Shown piece by piece: positions 18,253-26,913 of a stretch of 64,000 bases of DNA. Both the position numbers and the translations under genes were made by a program. This DNA is from Paraconexibacteraceae bacterium (GTDB lineage Bacteria > Actinomycetota > Thermoleophilia > Solirubrobacterales > Solirubrobacteraceae). Each line of letters starts with the position of its first letter. Position 1 is the stretch's first letter. Location of the stretch: positions 494,803 through 558,802 of the forward strand of contig CAVWSH010000001.1 in the NCBI GenBank assembly GCA_963757775.1, written 5' to 3'. Under the pieces are notes generated by a model. It made no database searches. It had not been told where the DNA came from and saw only the letters and a program-made list of their open reading frames with translations.

Positions 18253-18819
18253 ATGGCCCAGTCCAACCGCAGCACCAAGAGCACCGCGAGCCCCGGCAAG
18301 CGATCGGCGAGCGCGTCGAAGCCCCGCGCGAGCCGCGCGGCGAAGCCCGCCGGCAGCCGGGCGAACGGCTCGACCCCCAAGCGCAAGCCGGCGAGCACGA
18401 GCGCCAGCCGCAAGCGGTCGACCGCGCGCACGACCGCAGGCCAGAGGCGCGCGACGAACCAGTCGGCCAACGGCAACGGCGCGCTCGACAAGGTCACCGG
18501 CGCCGTGACCACCACCGCTCGGAGGGTCCGTGTGCCCGCTCTCGCCGGTGGGGCCGCGGCCGCGGCGGCGGCGGTGGCCGGCGGCGCCCTGGTCAAGCGC
18601 CAGCTCGCGCCCAAGCGGCGCAAGGTCCTGGGCGTGACGGTGCCCCGGCCCAACGTCGATGGCCTGCTCTCGGGCGGGCTGGACCTCAAGCCGATGGCCA
18701 AGGGGATCGCGAAGGCGGGCAAGCGCGTCGCGAAGACCAGCCAGCAGCTGAGGAAGCTCTCCGACGACGTGGAGCAGGTCGGCAGGACGGCCCAGAAGGT
18801 GGGCGACTCGCTCTCCTAG
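18253..18819 (+). CDS. Highly basic protein D (188 aa) with a Ser/Thr/Lys/Arg-rich N-terminus, an Ala-rich hydrophobic segment and an amphipathic tail
   Basis: AGGAGG at 18242-18247 before the ATG at 18253. KPRASRAAKPAGSR...KRKPASTSASRKRS tail-like region; VPALAGGAAAAAAAVAGGALV hydrophobic stretch. Confidence 0.6.
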   Translation: MAQSNRSTKSTASPGKRSASASKPRASRAAKPAGSRANGSTPKRKPASTSASRKRSTARTTAGQRRATNQSANGNGALDKVTGAVTTTARRVRVPALAGGAAAAAAAVAGGALVKRQLAPKRRKVLGVTVPRPNVDGLLSGGLDLKPMAKGIAKAGKRVAKTSQQLRKLSDDVEQVGRTAQKVGDSLS

Positions 18820-18887
18820 TCCGAGGGTCGCCGACGACCCGGGCCGCGCCTGCCGGGCGGCTCGCTTCGCCATATGATTGTCGGACA

Positions 18888-20141
18888 ATGTCGACTGCCC
18901 AGACCGACGCCGCAACGACGACCCCGCCCGAGCCCGATCTCACGCCCGATGAGCTGATCGCGCGCGCGATCGCCCTGCGGCCCGAGCTCATCGAGCACCA
19001 GGCCGACGCCGAGGCGCGGAGCTTCTACTCCGAGCAGATGCACCAGAAGTTCCTCGACGCCGGCTTCTACCGCACCTACATCCCGCGTCGCTACGGGGGC
19101 TACGAGTTCGACGTCAAGACCATGACGCGCCTGCAGCTCGAGCTGGCGCGGGGCGACATGTCGACCGCGTGGTGCGTGGGCCTGGCCAGCAACCACGCGC
19201 TGCAGGTCGCGTCGTGGTTCCCCGAGGAGGCGCAGGCCCAGGCGCTGGGCGACGGCACCTTCCGCGCCGCGTCGGTGGCCGCGCCCACCGTGGCCGCGAC
19301 GCCGGTCGACGGCGGCTGGGAGCTCAACGGCACCGTCGCCTACTGCTCGGGCATCCCCTACTCCAACTGGTACGTCGGCCAGGCGATCATGCCCGGCAAG
19401 CAGGACAACGGCGAGCCGCGCGTGATGCTCTTCATGGCGCCCGAGACCGAGTGGGAGATGCTCGACGACTGGGGCACGTCGCTGGGCCTGAAGGGCAGCG
19501 GCTCGCACAGCATCCGCTTCGAGGGCGCGCGGCTGGCGCCCCACCTCGTGCTCGAGGACACGAACATGATCGACGTGGACCCGAGCACCACGCCGGGCCT
19601 CGCGCTGCACGGCAACCCGCTCTACTGCGGGCGCGCGCTGTGCGTCTTCACCATGTCGGTCGCCGGGCTCGTGGTCGGCGGCGCCTACAACGCCCTCGAC
19701 GAGTACGAGAACTGGATGCGGGCCAAGACCACGCCGCTGCCGCCCTTCATCAAGCGCACGGGGGACCCCGACTTCCAGCGCTGGTACGGCTCGGCGGCGG
19801 CCAAGATCGGCATGGCCGAGGCGGCGCTCATGAACTGCGCCGACCAGCACATGGAGCGCTGCCGCCAGCAGGCCTCGGGCGAGCGGCCGTACACGTGGGA
19901 GGACGACCTCTACATCTCGACGATCGCGCGCGAGGCGATCCTCTTCGCCTGGGAGGCCGTCGAGCACGATCTCTACCGCACCATCGGCTCGAGCGCGGCC
20001 AACGCGGGCCAGCGCTTCGAGCGCGTCTTCCGCGATCTGGCCATGGCGGCCGGCCATCGCAACTCGATGATGCGCGACCCGCTCGTGCGCCAGCTCGCGC
20101 AGCTGCGACTGGGCGTCGTGCCGGCCGGGATGCAGCGATGA
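18888..20141 (+). CDS. Acyl-CoA dehydrogenase-fold flavin-dependent monooxygenase (HsaA/DszC/HpaB-C2-like)
   Basis: ACAD-like three-domain layout without the catalytic Glu context. LGLKGSGSHSIRFEGARL block. 417 aa. Confidence 0.75.
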   Translation: MSTAQTDAATTTPPEPDLTPDELIARAIALRPELIEHQADAEARSFYSEQMHQKFLDAGFYRTYIPRRYGGYEFDVKTMTRLQLELARGDMSTAWCVGLASNHALQVASWFPEEAQAQALGDGTFRAASVAAPTVAATPVDGGWELNGTVAYCSGIPYSNWYVGQAIMPGKQDNGEPRVMLFMAPETEWEMLDDWGTSLGLKGSGSHSIRFEGARLAPHLVLEDTNMIDVDPSTTPGLALHGNPLYCGRALCVFTMSVAGLVVGGAYNALDEYENWMRAKTTPLPPFIKRTGDPDFQRWYGSAAAKIGMAEAALMNCADQHMERCRQQASGERPYTWEDDLYISTIAREAILFAWEAVEHDLYRTIGSSAANAGQRFERVFRDLAMAAGHRNSMMRDPLVRQLAQLRLGVVPAGMQR

Positions 20142-20542
20142 GCGTCGCCGACGAAGGCTACGAGCGCGGCCTGGCCACCCGGCGCGAGGTGCTCGGCGAC
20201 GAGCACGTCGATCGCTCGCTGCGCTCGGCCACGGAGTTCACGAGCGTGGCGCAGGAGTTCGTGACCGAGTACTGCTGGGGCGCCGTGTGGACGCGCCCGG
20301 GACTCGATCGGCGCACGCGCAGCCTGATCAATCTCGGGATGCTCACGGCGCTGGGCCGCATGCACGAGTTCCGCGCGCACGTGCGCGGCGCGGTCAACAA
20401 CGGCTGCACGACCGATGAGATCCGCGAGACGCTGCTGCAGGCCACGGTCTACTGCGGCGCCCCGGCGGGCCTCGAGTCCTTCCGCGAGGCCCAGGTCGTG
20501 CTCGACGAGCTGGCCGCCGAGCGCGACGGCGCGCCCGCCTAG
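20138..20542 (+). CDS. Carboxymuconolactone decarboxylase family protein (PcaC-like)
   Basis: WTRPGLDRRTRSLINLGMLTALGRMHEFRAHVRGAVNNGCTTDEIRETLLQATVYCGAPAG is the classic CMD block. ATGA overlap with the upstream gene. Confidence 0.85.
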   Translation: MSVADEGYERGLATRREVLGDEHVDRSLRSATEFTSVAQEFVTEYCWGAVWTRPGLDRRTRSLINLGMLTALGRMHEFRAHVRGAVNNGCTTDEIRETLLQATVYCGAPAGLESFREAQVVLDELAAERDGAPA

Positions 20543-21261
20543 GCCCGCGCCTCGGCGGCGGCCATCGCCTCGAAGACCGTGCGCGCCGCCTGGTTGACGT
20601 GGTGCACGCAGGCGGCCGCGGCGGCCTCGCCGTCGCGGCGCTCGAGCGCCTCCACGATCGCGCGCACCTCCTCGACGGTCTGCGCCGCGCGCCCGGGCTG
20701 ACTGAGCGACGCGGCCCGCAGCACGGTCACGCGTGCCTGCAGGCTCTCCACGAGGCTCTGGATGGTGGCGTTGGCCGCCCCCTCGAACAGGGCCTCGTAG
20801 AAGCGGCGCTTGGCCTCGAGCATCGCGTGGCTGTTGGGACGGCCGGACTGCGCGCGGCGCTCGATGCCCTCGAAGGCGCGGCGCAGCGCCCGCCGATGCA
20901 CGTCGGTCGCGCGTTCGGCGAACTGCCGCGCGGCCATGCCCTCGAGCATGGCCCGGACCTCGTAGAGCTCGGCGGCGCGCTGCACCGAGGGCGAGGCGAC
21001 GACCGTGCCCTTGTGGGGCACGGTGGTGACCAGGCCCTCGGCCGCGAGCTGGCGCAGCACCTCGCGGATCGTCGTGCGCGAGACGCCGGTCTGCTCGATG
21101 AGCTCGCGCTCGACGAGGTGCTGCTCGGGCTTGAGGCGCATCTCCACGATGGCCCGGCGGAGCTGCTCGGCGACCTGTTCGCGGACGGGAGCCGCCACGC
21201 GGTCGACCTGCACCGCGAGGCCACCCACGCCCGCGAGGCTGTTGCTCGCCCGCTTGGCCAC
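20539..21261 (-). CDS. GntR family transcriptional regulator (FadR/FCD subfamily)
   Basis: HTH ERELIEQTGVSRTTIREVLRQLAAEGLV plus an all-helical C-terminal FCD-like domain. Confidence 0.85.
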   Translation of the reverse strand: MAKRASNSLAGVGGLAVQVDRVAAPVREQVAEQLRRAIVEMRLKPEQHLVERELIEQTGVSRTTIREVLRQLAAEGLVTTVPHKGTVVASPSVQRAAELYEVRAMLEGMAARQFAERATDVHRRALRRAFEGIERRAQSGRPNSHAMLEAKRRFYEALFEGAANATIQSLVESLQARVTVLRAASLSQPGRAAQTVEEVRAIVEALERRDGEAAAAACVHHVNQAARTVFEAMAAAEARA

Positions 21262-21273
21262 GTGGACGGCAGC

Positions 21274-21939
21274 CTATGAGGCCTGTGACGCCCCGAGCCC
21301 GATCGGGCAGCTCACGCCGGTCCCGCCCAGGCCGCAGTAGCCGTGGGGGACCTTCGCGAGGTACTGCTGGTGGTAGTCCTCGGCGTAGTAGAACTGGCCG
21401 AGCGGCGCGATCTCGGTCGTGATCTCACCGTAGCCGGCCTCGCGCAGACGCTCCGAGAACGCGGCCTTGGTGCGCTCCGCGGCCTCGCGCTCGGCCTCGG
21501 TGCTGTAGAGGATGGCCGAGCGGTACTGGGTGCCGACGTCGTTGCCCTGGCGCATGCCCTGGGTCGGGTCGTGGTTCTCCCAGAAGAGCTTGAGCATCTC
21601 CTCGTAGCTGGTCTTGGAGGGATCGAAGACGGCGAGCACGGCCTCGGTGTGACCGGTGCGCGCCGAGCAGACCTCCTCATAGGTGGGGTTGGCGGTGTGG
21701 CCGCCGGCGTAGCCGACCGCCGTGGTCCACACGCCGTCGGCCTGCCAGAAGACGCGCTCGGCGCCCCAGAAGCAGCCCATGCCGACCACGATCTGCTGGA
21801 AGCCCTCGGGCCACGGGGGCGTCAGCGGGTTGCCGAGCACCTCGTGGCGCGCGGGGACGGGAATCGCCTGGTCGCGGCCGGGGAGAGCGTCCTCGGCGGC
21901 AACCGGCTTGGTCTTTGACTTATCGAAGAGAAACATCAC
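21274..21939 (-). CDS. msrA: Peptide-methionine (S)-S-oxide reductase
   Basis: Catalytic GMGCFWGAE motif; 221 aa. Confidence 0.95.
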   Translation of the reverse strand: MMFLFDKSKTKPVAAEDALPGRDQAIPVPARHEVLGNPLTPPWPEGFQQIVVGMGCFWGAERVFWQADGVWTTAVGYAGGHTANPTYEEVCSARTGHTEAVLAVFDPSKTSYEEMLKLFWENHDPTQGMRQGNDVGTQYRSAILYSTEAEREAAERTKAAFSERLREAGYGEITTEIAPLGQFYYAEDYHQQYLAKVPHGYCGLGGTGVSCPIGLGASQAS

Positions 21940-21994
21940 TCTTCACTGTACGCCGAGAGGGTGCTTCGTTACTACGCCCAGACGGGCGTTTGGG

Positions 21995-22678
21995 CTATCG
22001 GCGCGAGGCGATGAAGAAGTAGATGAGCTGGCCGATCGAGGCGGCCAGCGCGGCGATGTAGGTGAGGGCCGCGGCGCGCAGGACCTTGCGCGCTCCGTCG
22101 AGCTCGGCGGTGCCCAGCAGGCCGCCGCCCTCCAGCGCAACGACCGCGCGGTGCGAGGCGTCGAACTCCACCGGCAGGGTCACGAGCTGGAAGACCACGA
22201 CGGCGAGGAAGAGCACGAGCCCGACGTTGACCAGCCCGGTCGAGCCGAGGATCAGGCCCAGGAAGGCCGGGAAGATCCACAGCTGCGAGCCGATCGAGGC
22301 CGCGGGGACGAGCGTGGCGCGAATCTTCATCGGCGCGTAGCCACGCGCGTCCTGCACCGCGTGGCCGGCCTCGTGGGCCGCCACGCCGAGCGCGGCCACG
22401 GTGGCCGCCCCGCCGACGTCCTGGCTGAGGTTCAGCGTCTTCGTGCGCGGGTCGTAGTGGTCGGAGAGCTGCCCGGCGACGGGCCGGATGCCCACGCCCG
22501 TCACGCCCGAGTTGCGCAGCACGGCGTCGGCGGCCTGCGCGCCGGTCATGCCGCTCGCCGTCGCCACCTGGCTGTAGCGCTTGAACGTGCTCTTGACCTG
22601 GAACTGGGCCCACAGGCCGAAGAGCAGAGGCACGACGGTGCAGATGAGGAAGACGTACGTGAGAGACACGGAGATCAC
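21995..22678 (-). CDS. Zinc metallopeptidase (YugP/Zn_peptidase_2 family), membrane-anchored
   Basis: HEAGHAVQ zinc motif. N- and C-terminal TM segments. KSTFKRYS N-terminal block. Confidence 0.85.
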   Translation of the reverse strand: MISVSLTYVFLICTVVPLLFGLWAQFQVKSTFKRYSQVATASGMTGAQAADAVLRNSGVTGVGIRPVAGQLSDHYDPRTKTLNLSQDVGGAATVAALGVAAHEAGHAVQDARGYAPMKIRATLVPAASIGSQLWIFPAFLGLILGSTGLVNVGLVLFLAVVVFQLVTLPVEFDASHRAVVALEGGGLLGTAELDGARKVLRAAALTYIAALAASIGQLIYFFIASRR

Positions 22679-22719
22679 TCTAGCCCGGTGCGCGTCAGGG
22701 ACATGTCAGGATTGGCCGG

Positions 22720-24054
22720 GTGACCGACGCGCCGTCGTGGTGGTGGGCCGACCTCGGCGGCCTCCCCGCGCCCCGCCCCGCCCTCGACGGCGACCGCGAG
22801 GCCGACGTCTGCGTCGTCGGTGCCGGCTACACCGGCCTGTGGGCGGCCTACGAGCTGCTGCGAGCCGACCCCGCGCTCTCCGTCGTCGTCCTCGAGCGCG
22901 AGGTGGCGGGCTTCGGCGCCTCGGGGCGCAACGGCGGCTGGGTCCTCGGCGAGATCTCCACGGGTTCGCGCCAGCGCGAGGCGGCCGGCGAGGCCGCGGT
23001 CGCCGCCCTCGAGCGCGCGATCCAGGAGACGGTCGACGAGGTCGGCGCGGCCTGCGCGCGCGAGGGCATCGACTGCGACTTCGTCAAGGGCGGCTCGCTG
23101 ACCGTCGCGCAGACCGAGCCCCAGCGCGCGCGCCTGCGCGAGGCGCCGCGCGGCGAGCTGCTCGACGTCGACGAGGCCGCGGCGCGGGTGCGCGTCGCCG
23201 GCCTGCGCGGCGCGCGCTACACGCCGCACTGCGCGCGGGTGCAGCCGGCGAAGCTCGTGCGCGGCCTGGCGGCCGCGGTCGAGCGCCACGGCGCGACGAT
23301 CTACGAGGGCACCGCGGCCGTCGACATCGCGCCGCGCGCCGTCCGGACCGCCTCGGGCACCGTGCGCGCGCGCTGGGTCGTGCGCGCCACCGAGGGCTAC
23401 ACGGCGGCGCTGCCCGGCCTCGAGCGCGCGCTGCTGCCGCTCTCGAGCTCGATGATCGTCACCGAGCCGCTGGACGACGCGACGTGGGCGCGGATCGGCT
23501 GGGCGGGCTGCGAGACCCTCGACGACGCCGCCCACGCCTACATCTACGCGCAGCGCACGGCCGACAGGCGGATCGCCATCGGCGGGCGCGGGCGCCCGTA
23601 CCGCTTCGGCTCGGGCACCGACCGCGCCGGCGAGATCCCCGACGCGACGGTCCGCCAGCTGCGCGCCCGGCTGACCCGACTGTTCCCCGTGCTGCGCGAC
23701 GTGCGCCTCGACGGCGCGTGGACCGGCGTCTTCGGCGTCGCGCGCGACTGGGCGGCGGCGGTGCACTGCGACCGCGACAGCGGCCTGTGCTGGGCCGGCG
23801 GCTACGCGGGCGAGGGCGTCGCCGCCGCCAACCTCGCCGCCCGCACCCTGCGCGACCTCATCCTCGACCGCGACACCGAGCTCGCCCGGCTGCCGTGGGT
23901 CGGCCACCGCGCGCGCGGCTGGGAGCCCGAGCCGCTGCGGTGGCTGGCCGTCCAGACGGTCTACGGCGCGTTCAGGGCCGCCGATGCGCTCGAGGACCGG
24001 ACAGGTCGCTCCTCGTGGCTGGCGGGTGCGGCGGGGGCGCTGGCGGGGCGCTGA
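22720..24054 (+). CDS. FAD-dependent oxidoreductase (DAO family, PuuB-like)
   Basis: ADVCVVGAGYTGLWAAYEL dinucleotide motif; 444 aa; GTG start. Confidence 0.8.
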   Translation: MTDAPSWWWADLGGLPAPRPALDGDREADVCVVGAGYTGLWAAYELLRADPALSVVVLEREVAGFGASGRNGGWVLGEISTGSRQREAAGEAAVAALERAIQETVDEVGAACAREGIDCDFVKGGSLTVAQTEPQRARLREAPRGELLDVDEAAARVRVAGLRGARYTPHCARVQPAKLVRGLAAAVERHGATIYEGTAAVDIAPRAVRTASGTVRARWVVRATEGYTAALPGLERALLPLSSSMIVTEPLDDATWARIGWAGCETLDDAAHAYIYAQRTADRRIAIGGRGRPYRFGSGTDRAGEIPDATVRQLRARLTRLFPVLRDVRLDGAWTGVFGVARDWAAAVHCDRDSGLCWAGGYAGEGVAAANLAARTLRDLILDRDTELARLPWVGHRARGWEPEPLRWLAVQTVYGAFRAADALEDRTGRSSWLAGAAGALAGR

Positions 24055-24215
24055 GGTCTCGTCTGCCGTTGCGGCGCTCGCGGCGCCTGCGACCGGCATC
24101 ACCGAGGGGAAGGGAGAGCTGGAGGGCGGTTCGCGACGCGCGCCGTCGTCCTCAATCGCGTGCGCCCTGCGGGTGCAATCGCGCGTGTTCCACAACACCG
24201 CTGGAGCCGCCCGGC

Positions 24216-24265
24216 GTCGAACGTCGGTCCTACCCCGTCCAGAGGTGGGAAGACCGACGTTCGAC
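24216..24265. repeat. 50-bp palindromic intergenic element, copy 3
   Basis: GTCGAACGTCGGTC-CTACCCCGTCCAGAGGTGGGAA-GACCGACGTTCGAC. Confidence 0.9.
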
Positions 24266-24780
24266 CGCCAGACCGGGAGCCGCCGGCTCGCGCGGAGCCG
24301 CTCGGGCCGCGAGCGCCGCTCACTCCCTTGATGCCCGGCACCTCGTCGAGCAGGGGACCGAGCTCGGCCGACAGCGTCGGGTCGACCGCGTTGTAGACGG
24401 GGATGGAGCCGACACGGGTCTGCGTCAGCGCGAAGCGGCCGTTGGTGCCGTCGCGAGGTAGGTCGCCATGGGGTCACTCTCGTGCCACACCTCCTCAGCG
24501 CTTCGCGCGGCGTGACGATGGCTCCTGGCCCGCGCGCCGGTACGAGGCGGGGCGGCCGTCGACGAGCAGCAGGCTGATGTCGAAGCCGCACAGGTCGAGG
24601 TCGAAGCGCGTAAGCGGCTGCGTGGCGCGCGCGAAGATGGCCGCCGTCGCGTCGAGCCGGGCGCTCGCCCGGTCGTAGCCGAGCGCCAGCCCCGCGGGCG
24701 CCCCGGCCGCGGGTGCCATGTTCGTGCCAGGCTGGCCGGCCCCCGCGCAGGTGCTGCGAACGCCGCGCGGGGTTCGCGGT

Positions 24781-25122
24781 CTACGTCGCCGGCGCGCGTG
24801 CAGGCCCAGAGCCCTCCCCGGGCGCCGACCCGGGCTCGGGCATCACCGGTCGGGCCAGCGCCCAGAAGACCAGCAGCCCGCCCACGACGAGCATGGCCAG
24901 CCCGGTCCACAGGTTCACGTTGATCCCGGCCGCCTTGTTCTTGACCTCGTCGCTGCCCACGATGCCGACGACGGCGAGGATCACCCCGTAGAGGAGGAAG
25001 AGGCCTCCGATGATGCGGCGGATGTCGAAGCGGTTGGCGATCCGCGCCGTCCGGATCTCGTCCTCGGTGGCGCCGGCGGAGGGCGTCTGCGGCCCGCGAA
25101 ACGGCTGCTCATGCTCGGTCAT
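24781..25122 (-). CDS. Small membrane protein (113 aa, 2 TM segments) downstream of the symporter
   Basis: Two clear hydrophobic helices (IIGGLFLLYGVILAVVGIV and LWTGLAMLVVGGLLVFWAL). Lies 12 nt after the SSS gene. Confidence 0.55.
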   Translation of the reverse strand: MTEHEQPFRGPQTPSAGATEDEIRTARIANRFDIRRIIGGLFLLYGVILAVVGIVGSDEVKNKAAGINVNLWTGLAMLVVGGLLVFWALARPVMPEPGSAPGEGSGPARAPAT

Positions 25123-25134
25123 GGCCTCGCTCTC

Positions 25135-26790
25135 CTAGATGAAGATGATGTTCAGGATCACGACGAGGCCGATGGCCACGCCGCCCAACAGCCACACGGA
25201 GCGGTACCAGGCGTCGTCGGCTGGGTCGTGCTCCTCTGGGTCCTCTTCCTTGCGGGTCAGGCCCCACACCAGCCCGCGCAGCTCTTCGTCTGGTTTGGGC
25301 GCCGTCACCAACGTCACGCCGACGGTCACGATCGCGTCGGCCGCGAAGGCGATGATCGCGCCCCAGAAGCTCGCCGCGAGCTGGGAGCCGAGGTCGATGG
25401 TTCCCCACGAGTAGAGCTCATGCGTGATGAAGGCGCCGAAGAACCCCGCGATCAGCCCCCAGAACCCCGCCCACGGCGTCGTGCGCTTCCAGAACATCGC
25501 GATGATGAACGTGGCGAACAGCGGCGCGTTGAAGTAGCTGAACAGCAGCTGGACGTAGTTCATGATGTTGTCGTAGCCCTTGGCGATGAACGCCGTGGCC
25601 ACGGAGATGAGCAGTCCGCCTGCCGTCGCAAAGCGCCCGACCCGCAGGTAATAGGCCTCGTCGCGGTCCTTGACCACGTAGGACTGCCACAGGTCGTACG
25701 TGAAGACCGTGTTGAACGACGTCACGTTCGCCGCCACCCCCGCCATGAAGGCCGCCAGCAGGCCGGTCACGGCGAGGCCCAGCATGCCCTCGGGGAAGTA
25801 CTTGCCGATGAGCAGCGGGATCGCGTTGTTGTACTGCAGGTCCGGGTTCTTGCCGCCCAGCCCCTTGACCGACACGAGGGCGACGAGCCCGGGGATGATC
25901 GTCAGCGCCGGGATGAAGATCTTCGGATAGGCGCCGATCAGCGGCGTGCGCCGGGCGGCCGAGAGGTTCTTGGCCGAGAGCGCGCGCTGGACCTCGGCGA
26001 AGTTGGTCGTCCAGTAGCCGAAGCTGAGCACGAAGCCGAGGCCGAAGACGATCGCGATCCAGTTGGCGTCGATGGGGTTGGTGACGCTGCCGATGCCGAG
26101 CCCCTGCCACGCGTGCAGGCCGCCCTCCTTCAGCGCCGAGCCCTTGACCTTGTCCTGCAGGCCGCTCCATCCGCCCATGTCGTGCAGCGCGATGAGCGTC
26201 AGCGGGAGCAGCGACGCGACGATGATGAAGAACTGCAGGACCTCGTTGTAGATCGCCGACGTCAGACCGCCGAGCGTGATGTAGGCCATGACGATGAGCG
26301 CGGCGACGATGATCGCCGTCGAGATCGACCACCCGAGCATGAGGTGGACGATCAGCGCGAGGGCGAAGAGGTTGACGCCCGCGATCAGCACCGTGGCCAC
26401 CGCGAAGGTGCTCGCGTTGAGCGCGTGCGTCGGCTCGTTGAAGCGCAGGCGCAGGTACTCGGGCACCGAGCGGACCTTCGCCCCGTAGTAGAAAGGCATC
26501 ATCACGATGCCCAGGAAGACCATCGCCGGGACGGCGCCGATCCAGTAGAAGTGGACGGTGGCGACGCCGTACTGGGCGCCGTTGGCAGCCATGCCGAGGA
26601 TCTCCAGCGCGCCGAGGTTGGCGGCGACGAAGGCCAGTCCGGTGATCCACGCGGGCAGCGACCGCCCGGAGAGGAAGAAGTCGATGTCGGTCTTCACCGA
26701 CATCCGGGCCACCACGCCGATTCCGAGAACGACCAGAAAGTAGATCGCCAGGATCGCGTAGTCGAGGGCACTGGCATCGAGACGGAGCAT
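25135..26790 (-). CDS. Sodium:solute symporter (SSF) family transporter
   Basis: Starts at MLRLDASALDYAILAIYF. FFLSGRSLPAW motif. About 13 TM segments. The 957-aa track ORF is an upstream antisense extension. Confidence 0.9.
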   Translation of the reverse strand: MLRLDASALDYAILAIYFLVVLGIGVVARMSVKTDIDFFLSGRSLPAWITGLAFVAANLGALEILGMAANGAQYGVATVHFYWIGAVPAMVFLGIVMMPFYYGAKVRSVPEYLRLRFNEPTHALNASTFAVATVLIAGVNLFALALIVHLMLGWSISTAIIVAALIVMAYITLGGLTSAIYNEVLQFFIIVASLLPLTLIALHDMGGWSGLQDKVKGSALKEGGLHAWQGLGIGSVTNPIDANWIAIVFGLGFVLSFGYWTTNFAEVQRALSAKNLSAARRTPLIGAYPKIFIPALTIIPGLVALVSVKGLGGKNPDLQYNNAIPLLIGKYFPEGMLGLAVTGLLAAFMAGVAANVTSFNTVFTYDLWQSYVVKDRDEAYYLRVGRFATAGGLLISVATAFIAKGYDNIMNYVQLLFSYFNAPLFATFIIAMFWKRTTPWAGFWGLIAGFFGAFITHELYSWGTIDLGSQLAASFWGAIIAFAADAIVTVGVTLVTAPKPDEELRGLVWGLTRKEEDPEEHDPADDAWYRSVWLLGGVAIGLVVILNIIFI

Positions 26791-26913
26791 GCGGCGATCA
26801 TTCCCGCTGGCGCCCCGGCGCTCACCCAGGTTCCCGTGCGGACAGCGGACGTCGGACGGCGCGGGCCGGTTGGCGCGGGATGAGATGATCGCTGCACCCG
26901 AGCCTCTCACCGC

